This document shows positions 13,087-25,388 of a stretch of 64,000 nucleotides of DNA, piece after piece. Numbering within the stretch: the stretch's first letter is position 1; each line of letters begins with the position of its first letter. The notes below the pieces were generated by a model, which was not told where the DNA came from, did not search any database, and saw only the letters and a program-made list of their open reading frames with translations. The DNA is from Pavona decussata (taxonomy: Eukaryota): contig CDRNST010000007.1 of the NCBI GenBank assembly GCA_977016875.1, forward strand, positions 2,108,001 through 2,172,000, read 5' to 3'. The translations under genes and the position numbers were made by a program.

Positions 13087-13363
13087 CCCGGGGGCGGGGG
13101 GAACCTCGGAAGTTTTGTTGGGTGTGTGCGGCTCGCTTTCCAAACCCTGACTCTGTTTCAGACTGTAGTTTCCTGGTACCCTTTTCAAATTTGGCTTCTC
13201 AAATTCACACCTATTTTCAGACGTGGTCTCTAGAATCCACACTCATTTTCAGACTTCAGACCAAAATGCTTAAAATTTACACCCCATTTCAGACCAAAAA
13301 GACTACAAAAACCATACCCTTTGAGCCCCGCAACTCATATCGGGGGGTAGCCCATCCCCCGGG
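13087..13363. mobile_element. MITE with CCCGGGGG...CCCCCGGG termini
   Basis: Short inverted termini and internal TTTCAGAC repeats; explains spurious ORFs 13021-13541. Confidence 0.55.
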
Positions 13364-13679
13364 AGAGTGGGGCAGTATTGACTTAATGTGTGTTTCACCA
13401 AACACATTTGCTATAAATCCTTCCCAAGGCTCTGTTATTAGAGTGTTAATTGAAAGTAAAGTTGATGGCACGTTATTCCTTTGGAGATTTCCGACAGATA
13501 TGAAATCAATCAGGATGGCTGTGAATTTTAGCGCACTCTAATGCATTGAGGAAGAATTTCCAAAATAGCGACCTGTTAATGAATTATTGATAACCCTTCA
13601 TGCTGTTAATTAGAGTTCATAAGGTATTTTAACCGGTCAAGCTTTCAAGCTCTAGTTAGTTCTGAACAGGAGGCGAGAC

Positions 13680-14974
13680 ATGGAGTTCTTAAAAGTTGTT
13701 GCGTTCCTTTCTCTGATTCTAACTGTGGCTTCAGTACCGTTAGCAAAACCAGCCTGTGGCAACGGATGGAATCGCATGTTTGGCGACTGTTTGTCGGTTG
13801 GTGACGAAATTCATTCTTAAGTCTTTGTTATTCTATAAAGTTCTCTTTTAACACTGCAATTTGAACTTCATACGTAACAGATTTCAACTTAATTTAATCA
13901 GTGCAGTTTGCCGTATTCTTTATTTTCCATTCTTCACTTGGGGACCCCAATAAAACGTTAGATTGGTTTTTCATCGAACACGGTTTCGTCCGACTGATCG
14001 ATTATATATATTTTTGAATTAAAAACGTACGAAAAAAAAAACCTCGTACGTTCATGACAACTTCCCATCTTCTCGAGCATTCCAACCCAAAATTTAACTT
14101 CCTTTTAAACATCCTACGGTGCCTTTTACATCTAAATAATTCTTGTAACAATGCATGCCCATGCTTTTGTAAACACATTTCAATCAATTTTAATCGAGGT
14201 CTTTTTCTACAGCGAGAAGTTGTAATCAAGGTCGACACTTTTCGAGTAATCTATCAATTTGTTTCTCTATTTTTCTTAAATTTTGATTTTTTCTCTCAAT
14301 CGAGCCACTCACTTTATTTAATTTTCTCTGAGACCTATGGGAAACAAAGTATTCATTTGCCTCACAAAGGAAATTTCAATATGGGGCAAAACATACAACT
14401 GCGTATACTAAAATGCAAAGAAAAAGTGGCGAGGGGTCCAAAAAGAAACTAGAATGCTTATGTGTGGGCTAGCCTAGCTAAAAAGATTTGAGTATCGGCT
14501 AGGCCAACAAAAAACTGGTCAGTAATTTTGGATTTCGGTATTCACGGTTACAAACAATAACTGAGAAAACGGTTTGAGCTAGACTCTCTACAGTCTTAAA
14601 CTACTTGCCTATGTAGATCAATCTTTGTAATTTAATTCAAGCGCAAAGTTAGCTTCAGTTTATAGTAGAGCGGTTTTTCATCGAGTGTCGAAAGTAATTC
14701 GCGTTTGCTATGTTTTTGCTTTACTACGCTCTGTGTGACTGGTTGGCAAAATTCGCGCCTTCTTTTTTAGGGCCGCTCTATTTCCAGAGATGAGTTGAAG
14801 GAAATGCCAGAAGATGTCCCTCAGGGTGCAAATCCATTTGATCGCCGAGAACTTCAGGAAGACACCATCACAGCAAGGCACGCGATGGATTCGGAGATGG
14901 ACCAGAATAAAAGGGGGGCGCGGAAATTTCGATATGAAGACATGAAGGCTTACTTGAACAGCCAGCGTAAATGA
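13680..14974 (+). CDS. Prepropeptide P3, join(13680..13796,14771..14974), 106 aa; predicted peptide (K)PACGNGWNRMFGDCLS-amide
   Basis: Exon 1 is MEFLKVVAFLSLILTVASVPLAKPACGNGWNRMFGDCLS with donor GTTGGT (as in P14, GTTGGA). After acceptor CTTCTTTTTTAG, the phase-0 exon 2 opens with GR: GRSISRDELKEMPEDVPQGANPFDRRELQEDTITARHAMDSEMDQNKRGARKFRYEDMKAYLNSQRK*. Not in the ORF track. Confidence 0.8.
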
Positions 14975-15589
14975 CGAAACGGACAGGACAAATTGTACCT
15001 TTTGAGACTGCATGAATGAATCAATGTTGAAACCCAAATTAGTTAAATAAGTCAAGATAGATCGTTTCTAGCGATGTAATGGTAGAAGTATTGGAGTAGA
15101 TAAAATGCAACTGGGCAATAAAAAAAAACCCACTACCCTTAGCATTGACGGTTCTTTGGTCTTCCATCCAAACCCCTTTCACTATATTTTCCCTCAAAAA
15201 CTGAAGGCGTCAAAAAAGTGTAGCATCAGATAAACTGAGTCATGGTAAAGTGTTTCCAGCGTAGTTATCATGGCCATGAAATGACTCGTTAAACTCCTTA
15301 ATCCCTGGATAAAATGCTTAGTCTTTTCATTGTTATTCGTACATTTCATACTTCTTCTCAATTCCAGTGAGATCTTTTGAAATATTTTTATATCAATCCA
15401 TGAACCACAGAAACCACAACCGAAGGAAAACCTGAAAAAATATTAACTCAAGAAATCAACGAGAAGTCAATATGGCTCTTGCATGTCTCTAAAGAGAATT
15501 CCTTTGCGCTTGCGCTAGAGGCAGCGCCTTCGAAACTCTTTTATCAAATATCAAAGAAAGTAGGACTTGAGAATGGTGTATTACTCAGT

Positions 15590-15727
15590 GAGTGACACAG
15601 GCATACTCGGGAAAGAAAATCCGAGTGCTCCTATCAGGAGTCGAACCTAAGACCTTCCGATTACTAGTTCGGATGCTCTACCACTGAGCTACAGGAGACT
15701 CGTGGAAGCAAAGGCCATTAAACTAGC
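15590..15727 (-). mobile_element. tRNA-derived SINE (tRNA-like head at 15628-15697)
   Basis: The minus strand has A-box TAGCTCAGTGG, B-box GGTTCGACTCC and a CTCCTGT/ATAGGAG acceptor-like stem, but an 8-nt anticodon loop. Flanking sequence recurs at ~25655-25705. Confidence 0.7.
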
Positions 15728-16149
15728 ACTTGTTCTATTCTCCTCAAAGTTTTTAACGGTGTTTTACTCAATGAAGTGCATGCAAGCAGTTAAAACCATC
15801 AGACAGATGGAGAACAGTATTCTTCGATCAAAGATCTTTACCAGGGCCAACAGGGAGTCAGTAAGAATTGGGATTAACAATAATGTATGAATACAAATTG
15901 AAAGCAATAGTGACAGTACACAGCTCAACTAAAAGAGGTGTCTCTGTACCGCCTTTGTGGTAAAGGGCACCTGCAACACGGCTTTCGGGTCCTTCGAGAT
16001 TCCGACGGCTATGCCATGCTGATGAATCCTAAGGGCTAGTTCACACTGATGACGGAATTGGAAGCGGATTCGGAATCGGAGTCGTAAGGAATCTTCCGTT
16101 CCACTGTGAATCAAAAAAACAGTGATGGAATCGCAATCGTAAGCTCGAC

Positions 16150-16383
16150 TAGACTGTTCACAGTCCCCCTATTTTTCCGTGGGATTCTCGAGACTGGTAC
16201 GCTTCGATGGAGCTGCCGCCATCTCCTTCTTCACTATACTAACACCCACTCCCGCTCCCCGCGGTAATTTAGACACTCTCCCCAGATCGCACTCGCTTTT
16301 ACAAACCAAGATGGCGGCGGTTCCATCGAAGCGTACCGGTTTCTTGAATCCCACGGAAAAATAGGGGGACTGTGAACAGTCTA
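16150..16383. mobile_element. Mutator-type MITE nested in an older element (~16030-16718)
   Basis: Long TIRs TAGACTGTTCACAGTCCCCCTATTTTTCCGTG; exact 9-bp TSD AAGCTCGAC (16141-16149, 16384-16392). Confidence 0.85.
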
Positions 16384-19300
16384 AAGCTCGACGGAATCGG
16401 AATCGCAAGTTTCAGAACGTTTCCTTTCACTTACGATTGAGCTTCTGATTCCATCGCTTGCGATCATGTGTGAACTGGTTGCACGATCGGAATCGGAAGC
16501 GCAAGCAGAAGAATCAACCAATCACATAGCTCACTCCCAATCCCTTTACGCGAGATTTAGAACGGTAAACATGGCGCCCTTCCGCCATTTTTAACAGGAG
16601 CGAAGCTTCCTTTTCTGCTTCCGTCGTACTTATTCACACTAGCTCAGAAGATTATCTGATTTCAACTCCGATTCTGATTCCACTTCCGTCACTTCTGTGA
16701 TTAATGTAAACCAGACCTAATAAGGTTGAAACAGCTGTCCATGGCTGCCACTGCCCGGGTGATATGGCTGTGCGCATGCGTAAGTCCTGGCCATCTCGAG
16801 AAGCTGTGTAGTATGGTTTAATTTATTATTAATACTAAAGGTGGTCTCTTGATCGCTGTTTTTAAGTATCGCGACGTTTCGACTGTTACTGCTCCTCTCG
16901 TCTTCCGATTTAGACGGTATAACTTTTTCCAACGGATGTGTCATGCGATTTCTAAACTAGTCGTACACAACTTTCGTCATTCAACATCGCCTACACCTAC
17001 GCGTGGGATTTAAGAATATGCTTCAAAATCAAACGGCATGTTACTTGTCGCGCGCGACAAGTTGTAGGTTCAATTTCCACGAAACAGTTCGTGTCGTAGG
17101 CATGTCGATCGACATGTCGAATAGGGCCGATTTTGAGGGAACGACTTTTACGTAAGGCGATAAGATCGGCGTTGAAATACGATAGTGTTCTGTAATAGGT
17201 TAATAAATTGATTCTCATCGTTCATCATCTCCTGTTATGTTTCTCGACAAATGTTCTGCTGTACCCGTTTTTTAACTTAAGCGTAGAAGTAGAGGGATTG
17301 CCATAACCTTTTTCTGATTAAATCCACAAAGGAATGCGTGTAACGTCGCAGCTGGAATCTGTACAGAGCTAGAAGATATGAAAATGGCGAAATAAAATAA
17401 AGTGTATTGCAATTACATTACATGAACTCAAAACAAAAATTCGATATGACAGCTTGACTTTTTCTGTTAGTAACAAGACAGCGAAGTACGAGATAAGCTA
17501 TTTTGTTGACAACGTAACAGTATTTTACAACGAACTCTCGACGACCCAAAGTATAATATTTTTAATTGGGAGACTGAGCCAAACAACTTGAGTGGGCAGA
17601 GCCACAGAGGCAACGCAGTGACATTGGCTCAGGAGGAAGTATTTTTCAGATAGATATGAATAGGATGGTGCCCACTAATTCAAAAGTAGTTTTGTGTGGC
17701 TTATGACTAAACGGAAAAAGAAGACCTTAGAAAGGGCTATTCAGTAGAGTCTAAAAAGAAAATTGTGGCTAACCACGCATTTTAAGATAATTAAATTTCG
17801 ACCTGGGGGAAAACATATATTGTTATGTATTTCGAAGCCTTTTAGAATTATTGTTGCTTAATGATCTCTGGAATATGCTTGGTTGTTCTAAGATCTTCTT
17901 TTCCGCGCACAGTCATAAACTGTGAGAAAAATACTTTTGTTTTTGTAGGCACCATCCCAAGCTCTGTAGGAAAACGCATATTCTAATAAAAAGATGTCAC
18001 AGTCATTTTTCTCAACAGTAGTATTTAACACAGTGCCTATTATTAATACTTGAGCATAAATACAGTAAAAACCCGCATATAAGAACCTAATTGTTAAGAA
18101 CCTGTTAGGCTAAGAGTTCCATTTACCCCTCCCCCCTCCCCCTTTTGATAAGAAGCTCAGTATTAGCCTGAAATTTGAAACAACCTCTTATTTTATAGAA
18201 TTCATTTAAAACTAAGAATTCATAAATCAAATAAAACAAGTTTTTTTTTTTTATTTTCGACACTTTCTGACTCAAATTTATGACCTTCTTCACTGTTGTT
18301 GTGATTTACAATGATAATTGAAGTAAGTGGAGTACAATTTAATCTGAAATCATTCGCGTGATTTCAAAATCGAACGAGCGCGAGGGTCACGGAAACTCAC
18401 GAGTTTCTTGTGCTTTCCGAGATGCGCAGAACAAATGCGCAGTAGCAAAGGTACCGTCCTAATCCATAAAGTGTTCAAAACTGTTCTTATTTCAATGGAA
18501 AATTAAAAGAAAGCCAAGGAACGTGACGGCATGTTAACTCCAGACAACAGATCATAAGAGTGATTACGATTCCTGATCAAACCACGTTTGAATCTTAAAA
18601 ACCCCAAATTATATAAATGTTAACACATAATTTTCTAGAATTTTACGTGCTCTTAAACATAGTCTAGCACACCGTCGTGCTGAGCTGAAATAATCACTTC
18701 ACAACAAAGGCCAAAGTATTAGTGTCGGTTCATGTTATCGGCACATCTACAAAATGATTGTTTGGGCTGTGCCAAGTAATGCAATACACTTTGGCCTACT
18801 AATTTTCCTAGTAGGAGAAAAAAGCATAATTGCTGTTGTCATGAGGAGATGAAATTCACCGTTTTCGAATTAACTGAGCGTGCTTTAATAACATAATATT
18901 TTCATATACGCAGGGGAATTAAAGACACCGAACATACAACCAGGCGTCCAATTGACTGTGTAAGTTCTGGAAAATTTCTTTTGAAGTTTTGTTGATAAGT
19001 TCTTACTCCAGCTGAGATTTTTCCAGGTTAATTTCTAATGATGTTAGTTTTGTTCTTTGCCTCTCGCAGCTCCCGGGATCAGTTGCTTTGAACTCGGGTT
19101 TATTTGAACAGAAAAAAATTAACGCGTTGAAAATTTCTGTGAACACGTAAAGAAACAACGAGGTTTTATATTTGAAAGTCATTAATTTCATGTTTTCCTT
19201 AATATGAGCTTATCTCCTAATTAGTAACGGCAGAACACTCCTGAACACTCGTGGAGATATCTATGAACACGTTGACTGTCAAGGAGTTTTATTTTTGAAA

Positions 19301-19687
19301 GTCATTAATTTCATGTTTTGTTTAATATGAGCGTCTCTCCTAATGAGTAACGGCAGAACACTCTTGAAAATCAAAGTTAATAATTTATATTCTGAAAGGT
19401 TCCATTAAATCTTACTTTGCAATACTTAAAGGTCTTAAACGAAACCTGCATTGAATATCCCGTCTGTAATTAAGAAAGTTTGTTTGAGATCTTTCTCCAT
19501 TTGAGACAAAACCGATCATGTTTGTTCACCTTCGTTGCGTGCTAAGAAGGTCAAGGAGTATTATAATCAAAATAATAATCCTTTCTTTCATAAATATATA
19601 ATGATGTTTGTGTTCAGTAGGTGTTATATACCGATGTAGCATCACGAGCTCTTCAGTGCTAGTAACTCAAGCGTTTGGTGGTGAAAG

Positions 19688-19795
19688 ATGAAGACGAATG
19701 TAATCATTTCTTTGGCGATTCTTTCCTTGATTCTCTCCGTTGCTGTGGGACAGAAATGTGCTGGGTGGAGTATTCCCCTTGGTGGTTGTGTTAAG
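19688..19795 (+). CDS. Prepropeptide P4, exon 1 only (exon 2 not confidently located); predicted peptide pQKCAGWSIPLGGCV
   Basis: MKTNVIISLAILSLILSVAVG|QKCAGWSIPLGGCVK followed by GTTTGT, the same donor as P5. TATATA at ~19625. The C-x-G-W...G-x-C pattern resembles P3. Confidence 0.75.
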
Positions 19796-20559
19796 GTTTG
19801 TGGCAAAGACTCATTTCAATATATTTTAATAAACCCATATTTTAATAAACCGCCATATGACGAGGTGAGAGGGAAAAGGAATTTGAACCAAGAATGTAGT
19901 AGACTTCGGAGCCCTCTCCGGCCCAGAATTGAGAAAAATTCGCAGATAATGATAGGCAGATAATGTTTCACGAATCAGAGAAGGAATGACTTATTTCGTA
20001 GAGAAATGTCGTGACTTTTTAATTTATAAGTGTTTGAATCTTACTCATAGTTTTTTTATTACTTTGTATTTCAAAGAGGGGTTGGGTTTTGGGTGGGTGA
20101 GTAAGTCGTACCAGACATGTACAATATCACTGGTATTAAGCAAGCCCATATCCCTCTTCCCAATTATATTTGATATTTTGATATTCTCAGAAGATCATCT
20201 GAGTCGCAAGGCTTGAGCTTGCTTCAGTCTAAGTTATGTGCGTGCTCAAAGTTTCGTGGTAATTGATCAAGGCGTGAATACAGGCTTTTGATTTCTTCCA
20301 ATTGAAATAGCCACGATAATTTTCACGCAGCAAGTGCAATTACTAGCTACGAACTTTGTTCTTATAAGGGAACTGTTTACGAACAAGCCAAAATCTTTCT
20401 AAAGATGGTTTCTGATTTTCAGCTTTAGATCGAAAGTGTAATAAATTAAATCTTTCCGCCGTGCTCACTCGGGTCCAGCTTTCCTCTCCAAGGTGAGACC
20501 AGCGTCTGGTAATCGAGACCAGATAAAGCCTAACTACTAAGAATCCATTCGTTTTCATT

Positions 20560-21060
20560 AGGAGGTACTCCATAAAGTGAAATGTACGCGGCGATGCCCC
20601 GTCTGGAAGGGGTGCCCTTTTTACCTTCATAAGATACAAAAGGGTGACAAATTTAAAATTTCAAAATTTAAAGGTTGCAAAAATAGACTAAATAGCGAAC
20701 TGCCGGAGGCAATTAAATTAAATATTAACTTGAAAGAGGAGCAAAAACTAATTTCTGGCAGAAATTGCGACGCCAAGGTTGCACTTACCACTGGAACAAA
20801 GAGGCTTTTGGTTGTCTTTGAAGTATTAGAAAGGGAGATTTTTTTGTTCCGTGTATGTGAAAGTGGTACCATTCCGGTGAAAGTTGGTGAATGAAAGGGT
20901 CTTTGGGTATGTAGCTCAAGTATAAGTGGGGGTACAAGTTTTGTTCTAAGTAAGTGGAAGGGGTACCATTCCGGTGAAAGTTGGTATCTGAAGCTGTAAG
21001 GGGTTTCAGCCTTGGTCTGTAGTAACCCTGTATGAAACTCTATTGAGTACGCCTCACTCC
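20560..21060. mobile_element. Degenerate MITE (GGTACTC...GAGTAC termini)
   Basis: Repeated GAAAGGGGTACC-like motifs and inverted termini resembling a common coral repeat; explains ORFs 20577..20894 and 20627..21148. Confidence 0.55.
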
Positions 21061-22166
21061 AGGGAAACCTGTTTAGTATGCGTTCACATAAGTATGAGTC
21101 GACGTTCAGCAATAATTGCATGTTAAATACTTTGTCGTTGTAGTTCATAAAATAATATTAATTGGAAGCGATGTTTATAAACCATGCTGCAGGGGAAAAT
21201 TAAAGGCCACGCCCGAAAAATCATTTACCGGACGACAATAGTATTGAACAAAGAAAACATGTATTCTCGATTTTGTTTTGAATATTTATGCGCTTTTAAA
21301 ATTGTCTTTACAAACTTTTCGTAGCGGTCGACAGTGGTTATCTGCGCACAGTACAAATTGTCTATAATATTCAGTTCGTCTGGCTAAGCTAGAAACTGAA
21401 AATATCAGTGCAGAGAAAGTCACACACTATTTTAAATGATTACGTTGTCAATCGTGTTTAAAGCACTGAGAGAATATTAATTTTAGATCAAGTCTATTTG
21501 AATGAGAGTTAGATCTCTTCAGTTTGAACTTCAGTTTCAGTCAAGGCATTAAACACCCTTCTGTTGTTTTAAATTGTATGATTTAGTCTTTGTATCGATA
21601 AAACGTGTGTCCCTGGCGTTTATTCTGAGAGCGCGCTTAATACGGACACATTTGTGTGTCCCTTTGATGTCCGTATTAACCGGGTTCCACTGTCTTCTGT
21701 TGTGAATACTGCTAGACAATCGGAGAGGGATGGGGGTGTTACAGAAAGAAATCAATAATTCCAGTTTTTGCTTTCTTCACCCTTTTCGTCAAATTTTTGG
21801 AGTATCTTTATGATGCAAAATACTAGCTCCTATACCACAACTAGTTAAAGGCCTTACTTCCCGATCTCTTGGGTGACCCCTTCTAAATTTCAATCTGCGT
21901 TGATACACTAATTTTAGGACCATGCTTAAATAATTTTGGTTATTTTGGATGATATGATGTCGAAATAGTCTCCTTTCCTGTTCGATGACCAAACGTTCCG
22001 TATGTCATTGTTAGTATAGTCTGTGAGAACCACAGCTGTAATCAATAGGTATGAATCCATGATGCTACAGCGGCACGATGTCAGCCTTCATGCTAATTAC
22101 CGAATTTCACCGTGAGAAAAACGTGTAAGAAAGCTAAAAAAAAAAAACCCTTACGATCACAGTATA

Positions 22167-22530
22167 ATAAAATTTGCAATTCCACAGCGACAAACCGATG
22201 AGTGGTGCCGGATCACATGTAGACGTCCTGGATCAGCAAATTATTTCAAATACAAAATATTGACGGCAGACTGATCCTAATGGCGGAGGTGACGAGCTTG
22301 ATAGAACAAGCAACAAACGATAGAATAACAAATATATTTGTTTAAAAAAAAAAAAAAACATTTTGCCCGATATTTCGTTTACAATACAAGGAAGATTTGA
22401 ATTGCAAACCGAAATATCGAGAAAAAACGTGTTTTTTAAAACAAATATATTTCAGTTATTCTAGCCTTTGTTGTTTATTCTATCAAGCCCCTCACCTCCG
22501 CCGTTTGGATCAGTCTGCCGTCAGTATTTT
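22167..22530. mobile_element. Palindromic insertion flanked by 12-bp direct repeats
   Basis: Inverted arms ~22253-22360 and ~22430-22531 (AAAATATTGACGGCAGACTGATCC / GGATCAGTCTGCCGTCAGTATTTT); GATCACAGTATA on both sides (~22155 and 22531). Confidence 0.6.
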
Positions 22531-22798
22531 GATCACAGTATATCCAGGCTCCTTGGATGTCCTGTGAACTGCATATACTGGAAAACATTTACGTACTCAG
22601 TAATGTACCTTCCACAAGAGTAGAGCAATAACTTTTATTGAGACACTGCAACCGCGAAGAATGCAGTATTACAACAAAACTTTTAACAGGAAACCAGGCA
22701 TTTTTGTGGCGTCTAATCGTTTAGTTAGGAATACGAAACAACGATACAGAATAAATTAAAGGACAAGCGTGATGCGTTGATCCTTTTCAAGCCGTAGA

Positions 22799-25317
22799 TT
22801 ACACCAACACATCTTTCTTTATGTCTCTGTTTCCGATCCGCCTCCTCATAAAATACAACTTGTCATCCATTGACTTTCCTGGCTGATCTTCGGTGGAAAA
22901 ACCTCGCTCATTTCTTGCAAGGTTTTCTGCTTCTGTTCTTTGCTCATCAAACTACAAAGAAAAATAAAAAAAATCGGACTATCATCATTTAGGATCGAGA
23001 AAAACACGTTGAACTGTCCAGCAAGCCCAGCCACGTAATGAACTGGCGAAAGGGCATGCGCAGCGTCGACATGGAAACTATCCCATTTAAGTTTTGGTAA
23101 GAAAAAGCTAAAAACTTTATTCATATACGAATTGCTTCAAGATCACCAATGAGATTAAATCGGGTGAATTCTCAAAGCCGGAACCATGTGCCACAGTATT
23201 GTCCTATTAATGTTAGACACAATGAAAGAACTTGAAAACATTGACCCTACATTCAAAGGTTGGTGGCCATTATCACCTTGGCCATGCATCCATAGCCAAA
23301 AACGCAGTGAAATCATTCATTTTGTGCACTAAGGTCGGCTATTTTAAGAGAATTCGAATATTACTAATCAGCTGCAAGTGTTCTTTAGACTTTCAAAGAG
23401 TTGCTTATAGTTAATTCCATTAACTTTGTTCAGTTTTTTACGTGTGAAAGAACTTTACAAACCAGGGTTGGCCGGTTGCATAAAGCATCTTAAGATAAGC
23501 CTCATGTTAAGATGGTTTATGCAACTGGCCCTGCCATCTCTGGTTTGTAAAGGGATCAAGGGAGTCAGAACGTTTATTGAATGAATTTCCTTTGATCGTG
23601 TAAATTCTTTTGTCTAGATAGAATAGAGGATCTTTAAAATTTTTGCTGGGGGACTTTAAAGGATAAATAACCAAGCGCCTTAAGTTACTAGGTTAGTATT
23701 AGTGGGAGGTTTCTCCAACCATTCTCTGCGTTCGGAAGGATTTTCTGGAGAGATTTTCTGGATTACTCAGCTAAAGGCCTTTGTTGAGGATAGGAACACA
23801 AAAAGAGCGTGACAAAATCTTCGACAAACTCGCACTTATCTTAAGATGCTTTATGCATGATGCGCGAACCACTTCACTAAAGGAAGACTCTCCGCACGTT
23901 ACGTTACTTACGTATACGTCACTCGATTGCGTGACACCAGGATAATGACACATCTTGTATGCAACATTTCTGGACAGATCGAACATAATATAAATTCCTC
24001 CCACTTTTTGCATACTTTCTTTCCACCTGAAGGATCAGTATGTCCCTAGTTCTTGTTCCGACTGCAGCAACTGATGGGGAGTAAAATGATGCCGAATTCC
24101 TTAAATGAAACTTACTTTTTCATCTCCAGGGGAATCATCTTCCGGCTATTGTTTCTTGAGCTACTTTGGTCACCCAAATACATCTTTTAAAGCGCGGTTA
24201 TTTCATTTGAAATTGTTGCTATTTTTTCCATAATCCTCTTATACAGCAGTTTCATAGCGGATTTGTCACTCGAATATGTTCTGAGGTTTTGTTCATTAAG
24301 ACTAAAGAAAATTGATAAAATGGTGCTGAATTCCTTAATTTACGAAACTTACTTTTCAATCCAGAAGAGTCATCTTCATTCTATTATTTCTGAAAGTACA
24401 TACGTAGGCCATCCGAACTCATCTTTAAAGTGCGGACACTTAATATGAGATTATTGCCATATATTTCCATTATTCTCTTATCCAGCAGTCTAATAGATTT
24501 GTTCCTCTCGTCACCAGTTTTGTTTGATTTGTATCGATTATGTTAGGAGAAGCTATAGCTAGATAGCTATGGATCTTACGTGCCATGCAATCAAAATTCT
24601 AAATGGGTGTGAGAATCAACATTAAACTGCGATACAAATCACCGTTAGTAACCCAATTATTATCCGAATCACCGGCTGCATTCGGTTATTGAACTTATTT
24701 GAAGTTGTACACCCCTATCCTGAACGCCGGCCATCTCTATCAACAGTTCGGAGACTCTCAAGATAAGAGAGGCACTGGGTATGTTCGGGTATAGCTTGTT
24801 TTGACTTGTAGTTTATTATCATTCAATTTACGTTGCATGTAATTCTAGCCCACAAGTCAACGCTAATGCAAATACCATCGTAATATCTTATATGACGCGA
24901 TTGGCGTAAAATTTTGTTTAGTTGAACAGTTGCTACCTACAATTGAGAACTTGAGGAGGAAAAGACAAACGCACACATTCGTTTTCTTTCCAGACGAATA
25001 ATATTCATTCAACTATTCCTAAAACTTCGCTTGACTCTAGGGAGCTGCTAGGGAGTCAGAGCTAATGATAATTAATAATAATTTTAATACTTGTACTCGT
25101 AAATTCGCATGCACATATGATCAAATGCTCAATGCTTGGTCACCGTCTGATCAGTGAAATTTTCGTTTCAAGAACAAATATAGTTTTGCTCACAAACCTG
25201 GCGACGACACTTTCCACCAGTAAAAACGGTTCCCCAATCACTGCATTGTGCCTTGGAGCGATGAAAGCAGACTGCCACAACGAACAGATAAAGCAAAGCA
25301 ATCTTAAATGGTTCCAT
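22799..25317 (-). CDS. Prepropeptide P5, complement(join(22799..22951,25198..25317)), 90 aa; predicted peptide pQCSDWGTVFTGGKC
   Basis: Minus-strand exon 1 is MEPFKIALLYLFVVAVCFHRSKA|QCSDWGTVFTGGKC-RR-Q with donor GTTTGT. Acceptor TTTTTCTTTGTAG precedes phase-0 exon 2 FDEQRTEAENLARNERGFSTEDQPGKSMDDKLYFMRRRIGNRDIKKDVLV* (GK...RRIGNR echoes P1 GK...RRLGNR). Neither exon is in the ORF track in this frame. Confidence 0.85.
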
Positions 25318-25381
25318 CTCAGTCGTGTCCTAAAACTGATTTGCGTGGAACTTCAATACTAGGAGACTGAGATTTACACCC

Positions 25382-25388
25382 ATTTATA
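25382..25388 (-). promoter_or_regulatory. TATA box of P5
   Basis: TATAAAT on the minus strand ~65 nt upstream of ATG 25317, the same spacing as in P1. Confidence 0.6.

Noticed and set aside
15628-15697. Functional tRNA gene on the minus strand
   Set aside because: The anticodon loop is 8 nt and the flanks recur elsewhere in the window, so it is treated as a SINE head.
19135-24490. Short local direct duplications (~19135-19365 and ~24083-24490)
   Set aside because: Diverged non-coding duplicates with no evident function.
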